A DNA stretch of 32,000 bases from Fibrobacter succinogenes subsp. succinogenes S85 (GCF_000146505.1 NC_017448.1:180001-212000); one strand, 5' to 3'. Counted from the first letter of the stretch, positions 15,227-24,476 are shown. Notes: a model not told the origin generated them from the letters alone. Program-made: numbers and translations.

Positions 15227-16489
15227 ATGGCTGAACGCAAAGACAATAATTACTTTTTTGATTCTGGAAATCTTTCGCCGGCGGCTCTAGAACGCAAGCA
15301 CAGAATTGAAACAGATCCGTCAGTCCGTACGGACATCATGGAATACTTGCCGGGAATGGAAGTGATCCAATCCGACATCCGCGACAAGGTTCTCGCGGCA
15401 TTTGATAGCTACGATGCGTCCAAATATACGGCACGCGATGTGCAGTTTGCCTTGCAGCACGACACTTGCTCTATCGAAGATTTCAAGGCTTTGCTTTCTC
15501 CTGCAGCAGCGCCGTTCCTCGAACAGATGGCGGCCAAGGCGAAGATTGAGACAGGCCGCCATTTTGGCAATAACGTCTATCTCTTTACACCGCTCTACAT
15601 TGCAAACTATTGCGAAAACTACTGCGTCTATTGCGGTTTCAACTGCTACAATCACATTAAGCGTATGCAGTTGAACATGGAACAGATTGAGCACGAGATG
15701 AAGGTCATCGCCGACAGTGGCATGGAAGAAGTCTTGTTGCTCACGGGCGAAAGCCGCGCTAAAAGCAGTGTCGAATACATCGGTGAGGCTTGCAAGCTTG
15801 CACGCAAGTACTTCAAGCTCGTAGGCGTCGAAGTCTACCCGGTAAATGTCGATGAGTACAAGTATCTGCATGAATGTGGCGTCGATTACGTAACCGTATT
15901 CCAGGAAACGTACGATCGCAAGCGCTATGAACAACTTCATTTGCTCGGTCACAAGCGCGTATTCCCGTACCGCTTTGATTCTCAAGAACGCGCCCTCATG
16001 GGTGGCATGCGTGGTTGCGGATTCTCGGCACTTCTTGGACTTTCGGACTTCCGCCGTGACGCTCTCGCCAGTGCCCTGCACGTTTACTACTTACAAAAGA
16101 AGTATCCGCATGCCGAAATGAGCCTCAGCTGTCCGCGTCTCCGTCCGATTGTAAACAACGAAAAAATCAGCCCGCTTGACGTTCACGAAAAGGAACTCTG
16201 CCAGGTGCTTTGCGCCTATCGCATCTTCCTTCCGTTCGTGGGCATCACCGTCTCGAGCCGCGAAAGCAAGGAATTCCGCAATGGCATCGTGAAAATCGCC
16301 GCTACGAAGATTTCCGCAGGCGTCTCTACCGGCATTGGCGACCACGAAAGCAAATACAGTGGTCACGACGATGGGGAAGGCGGCGATGAACAGTTTGAAA
16401 TCAATGACGGTCGCAGCATCGACAAGATGTACGCCGACATGAGCAGCGAAGGTATGCAACCCGTGCTGAACGACTACTTGTATGTTTAG
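15227..16489 (+). CDS. thiH: 2-iminoacetate synthase ThiH (radical SAM)
   Basis: 420 aa. Radical-SAM CENYCVYCGF motif, ThiH-like LLSPAAAPFLEQMAAKA and QFEINDGRS segments. It is translationally coupled to thiG. Confidence 0.9.
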   Translation: MAERKDNNYFFDSGNLSPAALERKHRIETDPSVRTDIMEYLPGMEVIQSDIRDKVLAAFDSYDASKYTARDVQFALQHDTCSIEDFKALLSPAAAPFLEQMAAKAKIETGRHFGNNVYLFTPLYIANYCENYCVYCGFNCYNHIKRMQLNMEQIEHEMKVIADSGMEEVLLLTGESRAKSSVEYIGEACKLARKYFKLVGVEVYPVNVDEYKYLHECGVDYVTVFQETYDRKRYEQLHLLGHKRVFPYRFDSQERALMGGMRGCGFSALLGLSDFRRDALASALHVYYLQKKYPHAEMSLSCPRLRPIVNNEKISPLDVHEKELCQVLCAYRIFLPFVGITVSSRESKEFRNGIVKIAATKISAGVSTGIGDHESKYSGHDDGEGGDEQFEINDGRSIDKMYADMSSEGMQPVLNDYLYV

Positions 16490-16560
16490 GCTTCAGGTTG
16501 TAGGGCTGAAATCGCAGCTTTGACGCGGTGTCTAATTAGGCCGATTGTCGCATTTACTAG

Positions 16561-16595
16561 AAAACGCCTCGGAAAAATTCCGAGACGTTTTTTTT
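16561..16595. terminator. Bidirectional terminator between convergent thiH and the pilin-like gene
   Basis: AAAA-ACGCCTCGG-AAAAATT-CCGAGACGT-TTTTTTT. The stem has one internal mismatch. A-run on the left, T-run on the right. Confidence 0.75.
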
Positions 16596-16617
16596 GAGGA
16601 GGAAAATATTTAGTTTA

Positions 16618-17409
16618 TCACTTCTTCTTCTTGTACGAACAACCTCTTCGTCCGTATGTCGAGAAACATGTTCCGTAGTCGGATTTGTAGGCGTCATTCC
16701 ATTGGTGTCCATTCTCAAGTAAGTATACTTCAATGGAGTAGGGGTCATCCGGATCAGTCCAGCGTAAACTAAGAGAATAACGCTTATTGTCTTTTATTGT
16801 TCCGACATTCAGAGCTTGACTTTGGAAAAGCTTTCGTATCGGGGCTGTTCTGTAGTATGTTGTTTTACCATCGGAACCTATATATGGTTTTGAGGAGTAG
16901 GTATCACCTCCATTCTTATAGTTGTTTACTCCTTTAAGTCGTGCTTCGATAATGTCTGCTACACCATCAAAGTTTGCATCTCTAAGAGCGGAGTAGAATG
17001 TACCTCCGTCACCAATCATCTTACAGATGTTAATATTTTGATTGCCGATTTTGTCGTTTGCACTGCCATGGCTTCCCTGAACGTTGATAGAAAGGTTACT
17101 ATGCAGTTCAATTACAAATAATGTTGCTCCAATATTAGATGATAGACCCGCGTTAAGGTCTTTTGACATTTGAGCTCTATTTACGCCAGTGACAGGATCG
17201 TAAACATCCATAGCCCCAATATCCTCGATAAGCGCTAAGTTAAGAGCGTTTCTGAGGTCGTAAAGTTTCATCAGGTCTATTTTTTCACGAGCCTTTTCGG
17301 CTGTTCCGAAAAACTTCGGCATAGCTACGGTGGAGAGAATGCCCATAATAGCGATAACCACCATAAGTTCCATGAGGGTAATACCCCTCTTTGAATTCAT
17401 CGGTTTCAT
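16618..17409 (-). CDS. Type IV pilin / pseudopilin-like protein (prepilin-type N-terminal cleavage/methylation domain)
   Basis: I prefer the ATG at 17409 (GGAG RBS upstream) over the 305-aa track ORF. It gives MKPMNSKRG|ITLMELMVVIAIMGILSTVAMPKF: a short basic leader ending in Gly, Glu at +5, and a hydrophobic helix. The C-terminus has a Cys pair (GTCFSTYGRRGC) and ends in KKKK. Confidence 0.8.
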   Translation of the reverse strand: MKPMNSKRGITLMELMVVIAIMGILSTVAMPKFFGTAEKAREKIDLMKLYDLRNALNLALIEDIGAMDVYDPVTGVNRAQMSKDLNAGLSSNIGATLFVIELHSNLSINVQGSHGSANDKIGNQNINICKMIGDGGTFYSALRDANFDGVADIIEARLKGVNNYKNGGDTYSSKPYIGSDGKTTYYRTAPIRKLFQSQALNVGTIKDNKRYSLSLRWTDPDDPYSIEVYLLENGHQWNDAYKSDYGTCFSTYGRRGCSYKKKK

Positions 17410-17587
17410 AATATCGCTCCATATAGTCTGTAGGACTTTTCGTCCCGTTTTTATAAAAAATACATAAGTAAAATCGCTTGTGACGTATTTGCGTGATAAA
17501 AAAATAATAAACGTGAGAATTCGCACAGATTTCAAGCTTTAAGCTGTTCTATTCCAAACTAGAGCATTTTTTTCTACCTTTAAAAAC

Positions 17588-18220
17588 ATGAAAAAACTTG
17601 ATACAACGCTCTATTTCATTACCGATAGCACGAGTGTGCCGGCGGATCGATTTTTACCTACTGTAGAAGCGGCATGTAAAGGCGGTGCTACGCTTATCCA
17701 ACTTCGTGAAAAGAATCGTTCCACACGTGAATACATGGAACTTGCAGCTGCGGCTCATGAAGTAACAAAGCGTTACAACATCCCGTTGATTATTGATGAC
17801 CGCGTTGATGTGGCGCTGGCCATTGGTGCTGAAGGTGTGCATGTCGGACAAACTGATATGCCTGTGAAAATAGCCCGTCAGCTGATGGGTGCAGATAAAA
17901 TAATTGGTGCTACAACGAAGACTGTACCTCAGGCTCTGGAGGCTTACGAACAGGGGGCCGACTATCTTGGGGTGGGGGCGATTTATCCGACGACTACTAA
18001 AGTGGTCACGATTCTCACAAGTGTTGATACGCTTAAGGCGATTGTGAAGGCCGTACCAATCAATGTGAACGCTATTGGAGGGCTCAACAAGGATAATATC
18101 GATGTGCTCAAGGGCTCAGGTATTTCAGGAATTTGTGCGGTTTCTGCCATTATGAAGGCCGCAGATCCAGAAAAAGCGACGCGAGAACTGAAAGACGCAT
18201 TTTTGAATTTGAATAAATAA
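17588..18220 (+). CDS. thiE: Thiamine-phosphate synthase ThiE
   Basis: 210 aa. LYFITDS, ATLIQLREKN, IIDDRVDVALAIGAEGVHVGQTD, and GADYLGVGAIYPTTTK. Confidence 0.9.
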   Translation: MKKLDTTLYFITDSTSVPADRFLPTVEAACKGGATLIQLREKNRSTREYMELAAAAHEVTKRYNIPLIIDDRVDVALAIGAEGVHVGQTDMPVKIARQLMGADKIIGATTKTVPQALEAYEQGADYLGVGAIYPTTTKVVTILTSVDTLKAIVKAVPINVNAIGGLNKDNIDVLKGSGISGICAVSAIMKAADPEKATRELKDAFLNLNK

Positions 18221-18235
18221 TTATCTTTCGCAACG

Positions 18236-19060
18236 ATGAAAAAGAATTTAAAGAACTCTTTGTCGTTTGTGGTCGATGTGGGCAACTCGCACACCGTCCT
18301 CGGAATTTATAAAGGGGATAAAGTTGTTGATCACTGGAGACTCACAACCCGCAAAGAAACGACTTCTGACGAAGTCATGAATCGCGTGGGCGGTCTCATT
18401 CATCTTTCTAAAATCAAGCTGGAATCCGTGACGCACGTCGGTCTTTCGACTGTGGTGCCGTCGTTGGAACGCCCATGGGTCAAGGCTTTGCAGACGCTTT
18501 TGAAGCGCCCAGTGCAAGTGGTGAGTTCTTCGAACTGCTTAAATTGCCCGATTGCTTACCCGAACCCGAGTACGCTCGGTGCCGACCGACTTTGTAATGT
18601 GATTGCCCTCAAGGAACGTGGTTACACGGACGCTATCGTAATTGATATGGGAACGGCAACGACGTTTGATGTGATGAAGGACGGAGGCTTTGCTGGCGGC
18701 ATTATCATTCCGGGCATTAGCGCGAGTCTCGACGTACTTACGCAAAAAGCGGCTCGTCTTTTGCCGGTAAGCATTGAATGGCCTAAGCACCTTATTGCAA
18801 ACAATACAGACGATGCTATCCGCGCGGGTCTCCTCTTCGGCTTCATGGCTGAACTTGAAACGCTTGTCGCTAAAATCAAACAGGAAATGGCCAAGAAGAA
18901 CGTTCCTGTTTTTGCGACGGGTGGCTGGGGCCGCACAATTGCAAGTCACACCAAGATTATTGACACATACGATCCATACTTGACTCTTGATGGCATTCGC
19001 CTGGTTGCACTTCGAGGAGATTCTGCAGCCGAAGTGATTGACCGGGACGTCGAGGAGTAA
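18236..19060 (+). CDS. coaX: Type III pantothenate kinase
   Basis: 274 aa. VVDVGNSHTVLGIY, LGADRLCNVIA, VIDMGTATTFD, and FATGGW are CoaX signature segments. Confidence 0.9.
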   Translation: MKKNLKNSLSFVVDVGNSHTVLGIYKGDKVVDHWRLTTRKETTSDEVMNRVGGLIHLSKIKLESVTHVGLSTVVPSLERPWVKALQTLLKRPVQVVSSSNCLNCPIAYPNPSTLGADRLCNVIALKERGYTDAIVIDMGTATTFDVMKDGGFAGGIIIPGISASLDVLTQKAARLLPVSIEWPKHLIANNTDDAIRAGLLFGFMAELETLVAKIKQEMAKKNVPVFATGGWGRTIASHTKIIDTYDPYLTLDGIRLVALRGDSAAEVIDRDVEE

Positions 19061-19078
19061 TTTTATCGGGAGGGGAAA

Positions 19079-20569
19079 ATGAAATCCTTTATTGCTGGTC
19101 TTGTTCTAGCGGCGGTCGCTTTTGCTGAAACCGGTTTTTCGCCAGTTATCAGTTCTGAACGCACCCGCAATCTGCGTGGCCTTGATTATGCGCCCATGCT
19201 TTTTGAATTCCATCGTCAGACTGTGGGCGAGGGGCGTCATTTTTTCACTTACCCCCGCCGCGATACGACGTTCCAGAAAGATTTCTATGAGAATAACAGG
19301 AACGCAATGGTGGTCTTTGAAAGCGATAGTAGTTCATCTCATAAATTTGCTATAGCGGTGTCCCCGATTCTCGGAATTGATTACAAGTCATCCTCTGCTC
19401 TTGGCGATACGATTTGGCCGGCGATTGATGGTGGGCTTTTCATCCGCGGCTTTGCTGATTCTCTTGACTTTGACCTCGATGCACGAATCTATTCTGAAGG
19501 GCATGCCGCCAAGAAGCCCAAGAGTTACGACCACGAAGTTTTTGACGTGCAGTCCAAGGATCGTGGCGATGGAGGAATTGACTATGTGAGCTTTGCGCGT
19601 TACCGTGCGCACTTGGCGTTGAATTACTCTTGGGCTCGCCTCCAGCTTGCTCGTGATGTTTTGCACTGGGGGCCGGGGTACTACAACAACCTCTCCTTGA
19701 ACCAGTTTGCGCTCCCGTACAACATGCTCTCGCTTGACTTTACATTTGGACCGCTACGCATATATAGCGTCTATGCCGACCTTCGTGTAAATTCCTGGAG
19801 CTACAGCAAGGATAACTTGAACGACCGCAATTTTTATGGTCACCGTTACGAACTCGCGTTCGATAGATTGACTCTTGGTATTTCCGAATTGCAGATTCTT
19901 TACAATGAGAATAAGCCGTGGCTCTTTGTGCCTATCGCTCCCCTTTTCATTGAAAAGGGGAATTATTCCGAACGCGTAAACAACGGTGCCTTGGCGGTGG
20001 ATTTTAATGTGCAGCTCTTCAAGCTGGCTCGTGTCTATGGTGAATTCTTCCTGGATGATATGGAATCGCCTTATGCTGTTTATCAAAACCGCTATAGCAA
20101 CAACCGCTGGGCCGCGATGCTTGGCTTGCAGGTTGCCCGCGATACAGAGGTAAAGGGCAAACTTTTACAGCTCGGTACTATCGCTGAAATAGCGCGTGTG
20201 GAACCATTTACATACTGCCACTACGATACGGCTCAAGCTCAAATTGCGCACTTGGGGCTTCCGCTCGGAAACCCGAATGGACCGAATTCTCTGACTATTG
20301 ACTGGACTCTTTACGGTCGGCTTTTCTGGAATGCATCGTCAAAATTCTTCTTTAGCCTCCACAACCAGTGGCTCTGGAAAGGAATTGATTACGGGAGCGA
20401 TATTGACGATCCGTATAAGACCAGACGCAAAAAATTTATAGATAAAGCTCCTCTGCAATATACAATTTCGCCTTCGTTTAGCTACAGTGGGGTGCATACC
20501 TCTTTTGAACTGGAACTGATTTTTGGCGAAAATAGGGGTGCTTTTGTTAGGACTACCTTCCATTGGTAG
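19079..20569 (+). CDS. Outer-membrane beta-barrel protein, possibly of the capsule-assembly Wzi family
   Basis: 496 aa. Signal peptide MKSFIAGLVLAAVAFA, C-terminal aromatic ending TTFHW. The segment LQLARDVLHWGPGYYNNLSLNQFALPYNMLSLDF resembles my memory of the Wzi family core (lGR..l.WGPG...L.ls.na.p...). It sits next to polysaccharide genes. The ORF is solid. The family call is tentative. Confidence 0.5.
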   Translation: MKSFIAGLVLAAVAFAETGFSPVISSERTRNLRGLDYAPMLFEFHRQTVGEGRHFFTYPRRDTTFQKDFYENNRNAMVVFESDSSSSHKFAIAVSPILGIDYKSSSALGDTIWPAIDGGLFIRGFADSLDFDLDARIYSEGHAAKKPKSYDHEVFDVQSKDRGDGGIDYVSFARYRAHLALNYSWARLQLARDVLHWGPGYYNNLSLNQFALPYNMLSLDFTFGPLRIYSVYADLRVNSWSYSKDNLNDRNFYGHRYELAFDRLTLGISELQILYNENKPWLFVPIAPLFIEKGNYSERVNNGALAVDFNVQLFKLARVYGEFFLDDMESPYAVYQNRYSNNRWAAMLGLQVARDTEVKGKLLQLGTIAEIARVEPFTYCHYDTAQAQIAHLGLPLGNPNGPNSLTIDWTLYGRLFWNASSKFFFSLHNQWLWKGIDYGSDIDDPYKTRRKKFIDKAPLQYTISPSFSYSGVHTSFELELIFGENRGAFVRTTFHW

Positions 20570-20641
20570 TCTTTTATAACTATTTTGTAGCATAGAAAAC
20601 CACAAGTAGGTTTATAAAAACAAAAAAGTAGGGTATTTGGC

Positions 20642-20929
20642 ATGTCCAAAATGTTGGGATTGTTCTCGAATTTTCGTATCCGTAAGCGTGTTTTAGCATT
20701 GGCGGATGGTTTTATCGTTGTTGTTGCGGGCTTGTTTGCTAACTTCTTTTTACCGTTGTTTGCCAATTCAATTGATCGAGCCGACCAGTTTGCGATTTTC
20801 TTTTTGAGCGTTATCTTGTGCTTTAGTTCGCTTCTTTTCTTTGGTGCTTACAACAAGCTTTGGCGTGTGCCTTTTCCGTTACATGTTCCGAAATGCTTTT
20901 ATTTCGATTATAAATACGGGACACCGTGA
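20642..20929 (+). pseudogene. Detached N-terminal membrane segment of the downstream CapD/WbpM-type gene (frame-shifted remnant or small separate ORF)
   Basis: 95 aa with two TM helices (LALADGFIVVVAGLFANFFLPLF, FAIFFLSVILCFSSLLFFGAY), then NKLWR. This resembles the TM1-TM2 region and the conserved Y...W(R/E)YAS region of full-length CapD/WbpM proteins. It ends in a different frame from the next ORF and overlaps it by 89 nt. Confidence 0.4.
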
Positions 20930-20933
20930 AGCT

Positions 20934-22463
20934 ATGAAGAAGCGCACTATGATTATTGGTGCGGGTAATGCGACCAAACTTTTGCTTGATGAAATCAGGA
21001 ACAGCGCCAAGGATGCCGAAAAAGGTGTTGCTACATCGAATGCATCGAAGATTAATCCTGTTTGCCTGATTGATGATGACCGCTATAAAATCGGCAAGCC
21101 GTTTGAAGGTGTGCTCGTTGCTGGTACGACAAGCGACATTCCTAAAATTGCAAAGCAGGAAAATATTGAACAGATTCTTTTCTCTATCCCGAGCTGCCCG
21201 CCGAAAGACCGCCAAGTGATTATGGACTTGTGTGGCAAGACCGGACTTCCGGTGAAGGTCCTTCCTTTTGTGGGTACCCTTTTGGACACATCCAATGTTG
21301 GAACTGGGGAAACCAATTTTGCAACGCAAATTCGCGATATCAAGGTTGAAGACCTGCTGGGACGTGATCCAATCAAGTTTGATAACAAGGACATCCGAGC
21401 CTACATTGAAAACAAGGTCTGTATGGTGACTGGCGGTGGTGGTAGTATCGGTAGTGAACTTGTTCGTCAAATTGCAAAGTATAATCCCAAACAAATTATC
21501 ATCGTCGATATTTACGAAAATAACGCTTACGATATCCAGCAAGAACTGGTTATGGAATACGGAAAGTCCCTGAATCTCGTGACGCTTATTGCAAGCGTTC
21601 GTGATTACTTCCGCATGAACCAGATTTTCAAGACCTACCAACCGGAAGTGATTTTCCATGCCGCTGCCCATAAGCATGTGCCACTAATGGAAAACAATCC
21701 GATGGAAGCAATTAAGAACAACGTTATCGGTACGTTCAACGTGGCTACGCTTGCCATGTTCAATAATGTCAAAAAGTTTGTGATGATCAGTACTGACAAG
21801 GCGGTGAACCCGACTAACGTTATGGGTGCATCTAAACGTTGCTGCGAAATGATTGTTCGCTTCATGTCCATGCAAAAGGAAAGTAACACGGAATTCGTCG
21901 TGACTCGCTTTGGCAATGTGCTCGGTAGTAACGGTAGTGTGATTCCGCTGTTTAAGCGCCAGATTGAACAGGGTAAGCCTGTGACGGTTACGCATCCAGA
22001 AATCATCCGCTACTTCATGACCATTCCTGAAGCGGTGAGTCTTGTGCTTGAAGCCGCTAGTATCGCTCAAGGTGGTGAAATCTTTGTGCTTGACATGGGC
22101 ATGCCAGTAAAGATTGTAACGCTTGCAGAAAACTTGATCCGTATGTATGGCAAGGTGCCGTACAAGGATGTTCCTATCAAGTTCACTGGACTTCGTCCGG
22201 GTGAAAAGATTAAGGAAGAGCTTTTGATGAACGAAGAAGGCTTGAAGAAGACTAAGAACAAGCTTATCTTCATTGGAAAGCAGATTGACATTGACACTTC
22301 CAAGTTCATTAACGAACTCTGGAAACTCAAGAGCGCAGCATCTGAAAACAATGACGAAATCGCCATTAACGCTCTACACGAAATTGTTCCTACGTTCACG
22401 ACTCCAGAAAAGTTCAACAGCACGATTTTGAAGAAGTCTGAACCTGTAGAACAGAAGAATTAA
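20934..22463 (+). CDS. Polysaccharide biosynthesis protein, CapD/WbpM/PglF family (NDP-sugar 4,6-dehydratase/epimerase)
   Basis: MIIGAGNATKLL...CLIDDDRYKIG (first Rossmann-like domain), VEDLLGRDPI, VTGGGGSIGSELVRQI, HAAAHKHVPLMENNP, STDKAVNPTNVMGASKR, RFGNVLGSNGSVIPLF, and THPEIIRYFMTIPEA. The start is uncertain: ATG 20934, ATG 20883, and TTG 20841 are all in frame. Confidence 0.9.
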   Translation: MKKRTMIIGAGNATKLLLDEIRNSAKDAEKGVATSNASKINPVCLIDDDRYKIGKPFEGVLVAGTTSDIPKIAKQENIEQILFSIPSCPPKDRQVIMDLCGKTGLPVKVLPFVGTLLDTSNVGTGETNFATQIRDIKVEDLLGRDPIKFDNKDIRAYIENKVCMVTGGGGSIGSELVRQIAKYNPKQIIIVDIYENNAYDIQQELVMEYGKSLNLVTLIASVRDYFRMNQIFKTYQPEVIFHAAAHKHVPLMENNPMEAIKNNVIGTFNVATLAMFNNVKKFVMISTDKAVNPTNVMGASKRCCEMIVRFMSMQKESNTEFVVTRFGNVLGSNGSVIPLFKRQIEQGKPVTVTHPEIIRYFMTIPEAVSLVLEAASIAQGGEIFVLDMGMPVKIVTLAENLIRMYGKVPYKDVPIKFTGLRPGEKIKEELLMNEEGLKKTKNKLIFIGKQIDIDTSKFINELWKLKSAASENNDEIAINALHEIVPTFTTPEKFNSTILKKSEPVEQKN

Positions 22464-22496
22464 ATCAACAACGACAAACACAAAGAAGGACAAAAT

Positions 22497-24476
22497 ATGA
22501 AAAAAATCATTGCTCTTAGTTTGTTATCCAGTTCTCTAGCCTTTTCTCAGGTTGGTATGCTGGGTGGCTCGGAGGGGTTGCACGAAGTTAATGCGAAAAC
22601 CCTTGGTCAATGGCAAATCAATCTTGGCGCCAGCGGGAATATCACGTTTGGCTCCTGGGGCTTGTCACGCGGTGGTATCTATGAAGTGAATGGGAAAAGG
22701 TATTCCTTCAATGATGCTGACGCTTCCCTTTCGGGTAACCTATTCGTTGCAGTTGGTGTTTTGGACTTCATTGATGTAGGCGCGTCTCTGCCGCTTTACT
22801 ACGAACATGCCAATTCCCAGTGGGGTGGTAAGGCTAACATGTGGACGACAAGCCGCGGTGACTTGAATCTCTTTACCAAGATTGGTCTCCCGTTTGCATC
22901 GGTTGGTGTATTCGACATGGCTCTCATGCTTGACCTTTATGTTCCGACTGGCGAACCGAATGCCGGTGTGCGCCCCCGCCATGCTTGGTACCTGAATGGT
23001 AGCAGCTACACGCACCCGTTCACTGCCGATAGATGGGCTTTTGGTGCTGGTCTTGCGTTGTCGTTTGACTTCAACAAGATTGGAGCACCGATTTCTTGGA
23101 ACTTGGCTGCAAGCTATGTTGCTCTGGCCAGCTACTCCAGAACGCAAACTCTCGTCTATAACACGGGCGTGAACTGGAATGCAGCAAGCTGGTTGACTCC
23201 GTTCCTTGAATTCTCTGCAGAAATGCGTTTGCAGAAGGTGGGACGCTATAAGGTTGATCCGCTTGTAGATCCGATGCTCCTCACTCCGGGTGTCCGTTTC
23301 CACTTCCCGCATAATATTGATTTCGCTTTGGGCGTAGACTTTGCTCTCCGTTTCTTCCAGAGTGGCGCCAGTCACAGGGCTGATATCGAATATGGTAAGA
23401 ATCATACCATCTACTACGAGGGTGAAAGAGGCGTGAAAGCGACTTACGGTTACGTAGGTTCTCCGCTCTTTGCTGGTTCTGCTCTCGTCAGTGTCAAATT
23501 TGATGCCGCTGGCAAATCTGAAGATTCCGATGGCGATGGCATCCCGGATAATGAAGACAAGTGCGCCCGTACTGAAAAGGGCGTTAAGGTTGATGCCGAA
23601 GGCTGCCCGGTTGAAGATGCTGCAAAGATTGCTCGCGATAGAGCTATTGCCGATTCCCTTGCCCGCGTTGATTCCGACAAGGATGGCATTGCTGATGTTA
23701 ACGACAGATGTCCGAATACTGTTGCTGGTATTTCTGTGGATTCCTTGGGCTGTATGCTTGACTTTGACAAGGACGGTGTTGCTGATAATCTTGACCAGTG
23801 TCCGAATACCCCGTCTGGCGTTCCTGTAAATTCTACGGGTTGCGCAATGGACTTTGACAAGGACGGCGTTGCAGACTATCTCGACAAGTGTCCGAATACT
23901 CCGGCAGGTGTCGAAGTTGGTTCCAACGGTTGCTTGCTTGATACCGATAAGGACGGCATTGCCGATTTCAAGGACAAGTGTCCGGGTACTCCGTCTGGCC
24001 ATGTTGTAGACTCTCTCGGTTGCTTGCCGGACTTTGATAAGGATGGCGTTCCTGACGTTCTTGACAAGTGCCCGAATACGCTTCCGGGTGTCCGTGTTGA
24101 CCAGAATGGTTGCCCGCTCAACAAGAAGGAAGACCTTGACCAGCTCAAGAAGGGTATCAACTTCAAGACTGCTTCTGCAAGACTTACCAAGAGCAGCTAC
24201 GGCACTCTCGATGATATTGCTGAACTCATGATCAAGATTCCGGAAGCAAACCTTGAAGTTCAGGGACATACCGATAACAAGGGTTCTGAAAAGAGAAACA
24301 AGAAACTCTCTGAAGATCGCGCAGCCGCTGTGGTCAAGTACCTCGTGAAGAAGGGTGTTGCCAAGGATCGTCTCCGCGCTGCAGGTTACGGCAGTGAAAA
24401 GCCGATTGCAGACAACACAGACGCTGCTGGTAGAGCCCAGAATCGCCGTGTTGAACTTGTTCCTTTCTCCAAGTAA
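22497..24476 (+). CDS. OmpA-family outer-membrane protein with an N-terminal barrel-like domain, six thrombospondin-type-3 (TSP3) repeats and a C-terminal OmpA domain
   Basis: 659 aa. Signal peptide MKKIIALSLLSSSLAFSQ. Repeats of D-x-D-x-D-G-x-x-D-x-x-D-x-C-P. The C-terminus has NFKTASARL...LEVQGHTDNKGS...LSEDRAAAV...NRRVELV. Confidence 0.9.
   Translation: MKKIIALSLLSSSLAFSQVGMLGGSEGLHEVNAKTLGQWQINLGASGNITFGSWGLSRGGIYEVNGKRYSFNDADASLSGNLFVAVGVLDFIDVGASLPLYYEHANSQWGGKANMWTTSRGDLNLFTKIGLPFASVGVFDMALMLDLYVPTGEPNAGVRPRHAWYLNGSSYTHPFTADRWAFGAGLALSFDFNKIGAPISWNLAASYVALASYSRTQTLVYNTGVNWNAASWLTPFLEFSAEMRLQKVGRYKVDPLVDPMLLTPGVRFHFPHNIDFALGVDFALRFFQSGASHRADIEYGKNHTIYYEGERGVKATYGYVGSPLFAGSALVSVKFDAAGKSEDSDGDGIPDNEDKCARTEKGVKVDAEGCPVEDAAKIARDRAIADSLARVDSDKDGIADVNDRCPNTVAGISVDSLGCMLDFDKDGVADNLDQCPNTPSGVPVNSTGCAMDFDKDGVADYLDKCPNTPAGVEVGSNGCLLDTDKDGIADFKDKCPGTPSGHVVDSLGCLPDFDKDGVPDVLDKCPNTLPGVRVDQNGCPLNKKEDLDQLKKGINFKTASARLTKSSYGTLDDIAELMIKIPEANLEVQGHTDNKGSEKRNKKLSEDRAAAVVKYLVKKGVAKDRLRAAGYGSEKPIADNTDAAGRAQNRRVELVPFSK
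23670..24119 (+). repeat. Five exactly phased 90-nt tandem repeats encoding TSP3-type calcium-binding modules. A diverged first copy starts at 23523.
   Basis: Units start at 23670, 23760, 23850, 23940 and 24030. Each encodes D(S/F/T)DKDG(I/V)(A/P)D..D.CP.T..G..V...GC.. (30 aa). Confidence 0.85.

Noticed and set aside
15320-16081. 253-aa antisense ORF in thiH. Similar antisense ORFs lie at 941-1456 (padR), 12111-12917 (mnmG), 20823-21677 (CapD), 25536-26228 (wzc) and 29182-29691 (Isf-like).
   Set aside because: All lie opposite genes with strong family signatures, and none has a plausible RBS or motif. They are treated as codon-bias artefacts.
16618-17535. The longer 305-aa version of the pilin-like ORF in the track
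   Set aside because: The extra 42 N-terminal residues (MKSVRILTFIIFLSRKYV...) would bury the prepilin leader. The ATG at 17409 has a GGAG RBS and gives a canonical short basic leader ending in Gly, so the shorter model is preferred.
17410-17587. Possible second TPP riboswitch upstream of thiE
   Set aside because: No CTGAGA, ACCTGAT or GGATAATGCC-type cores are present on either strand. The region is simply AT-rich promoter-like DNA.
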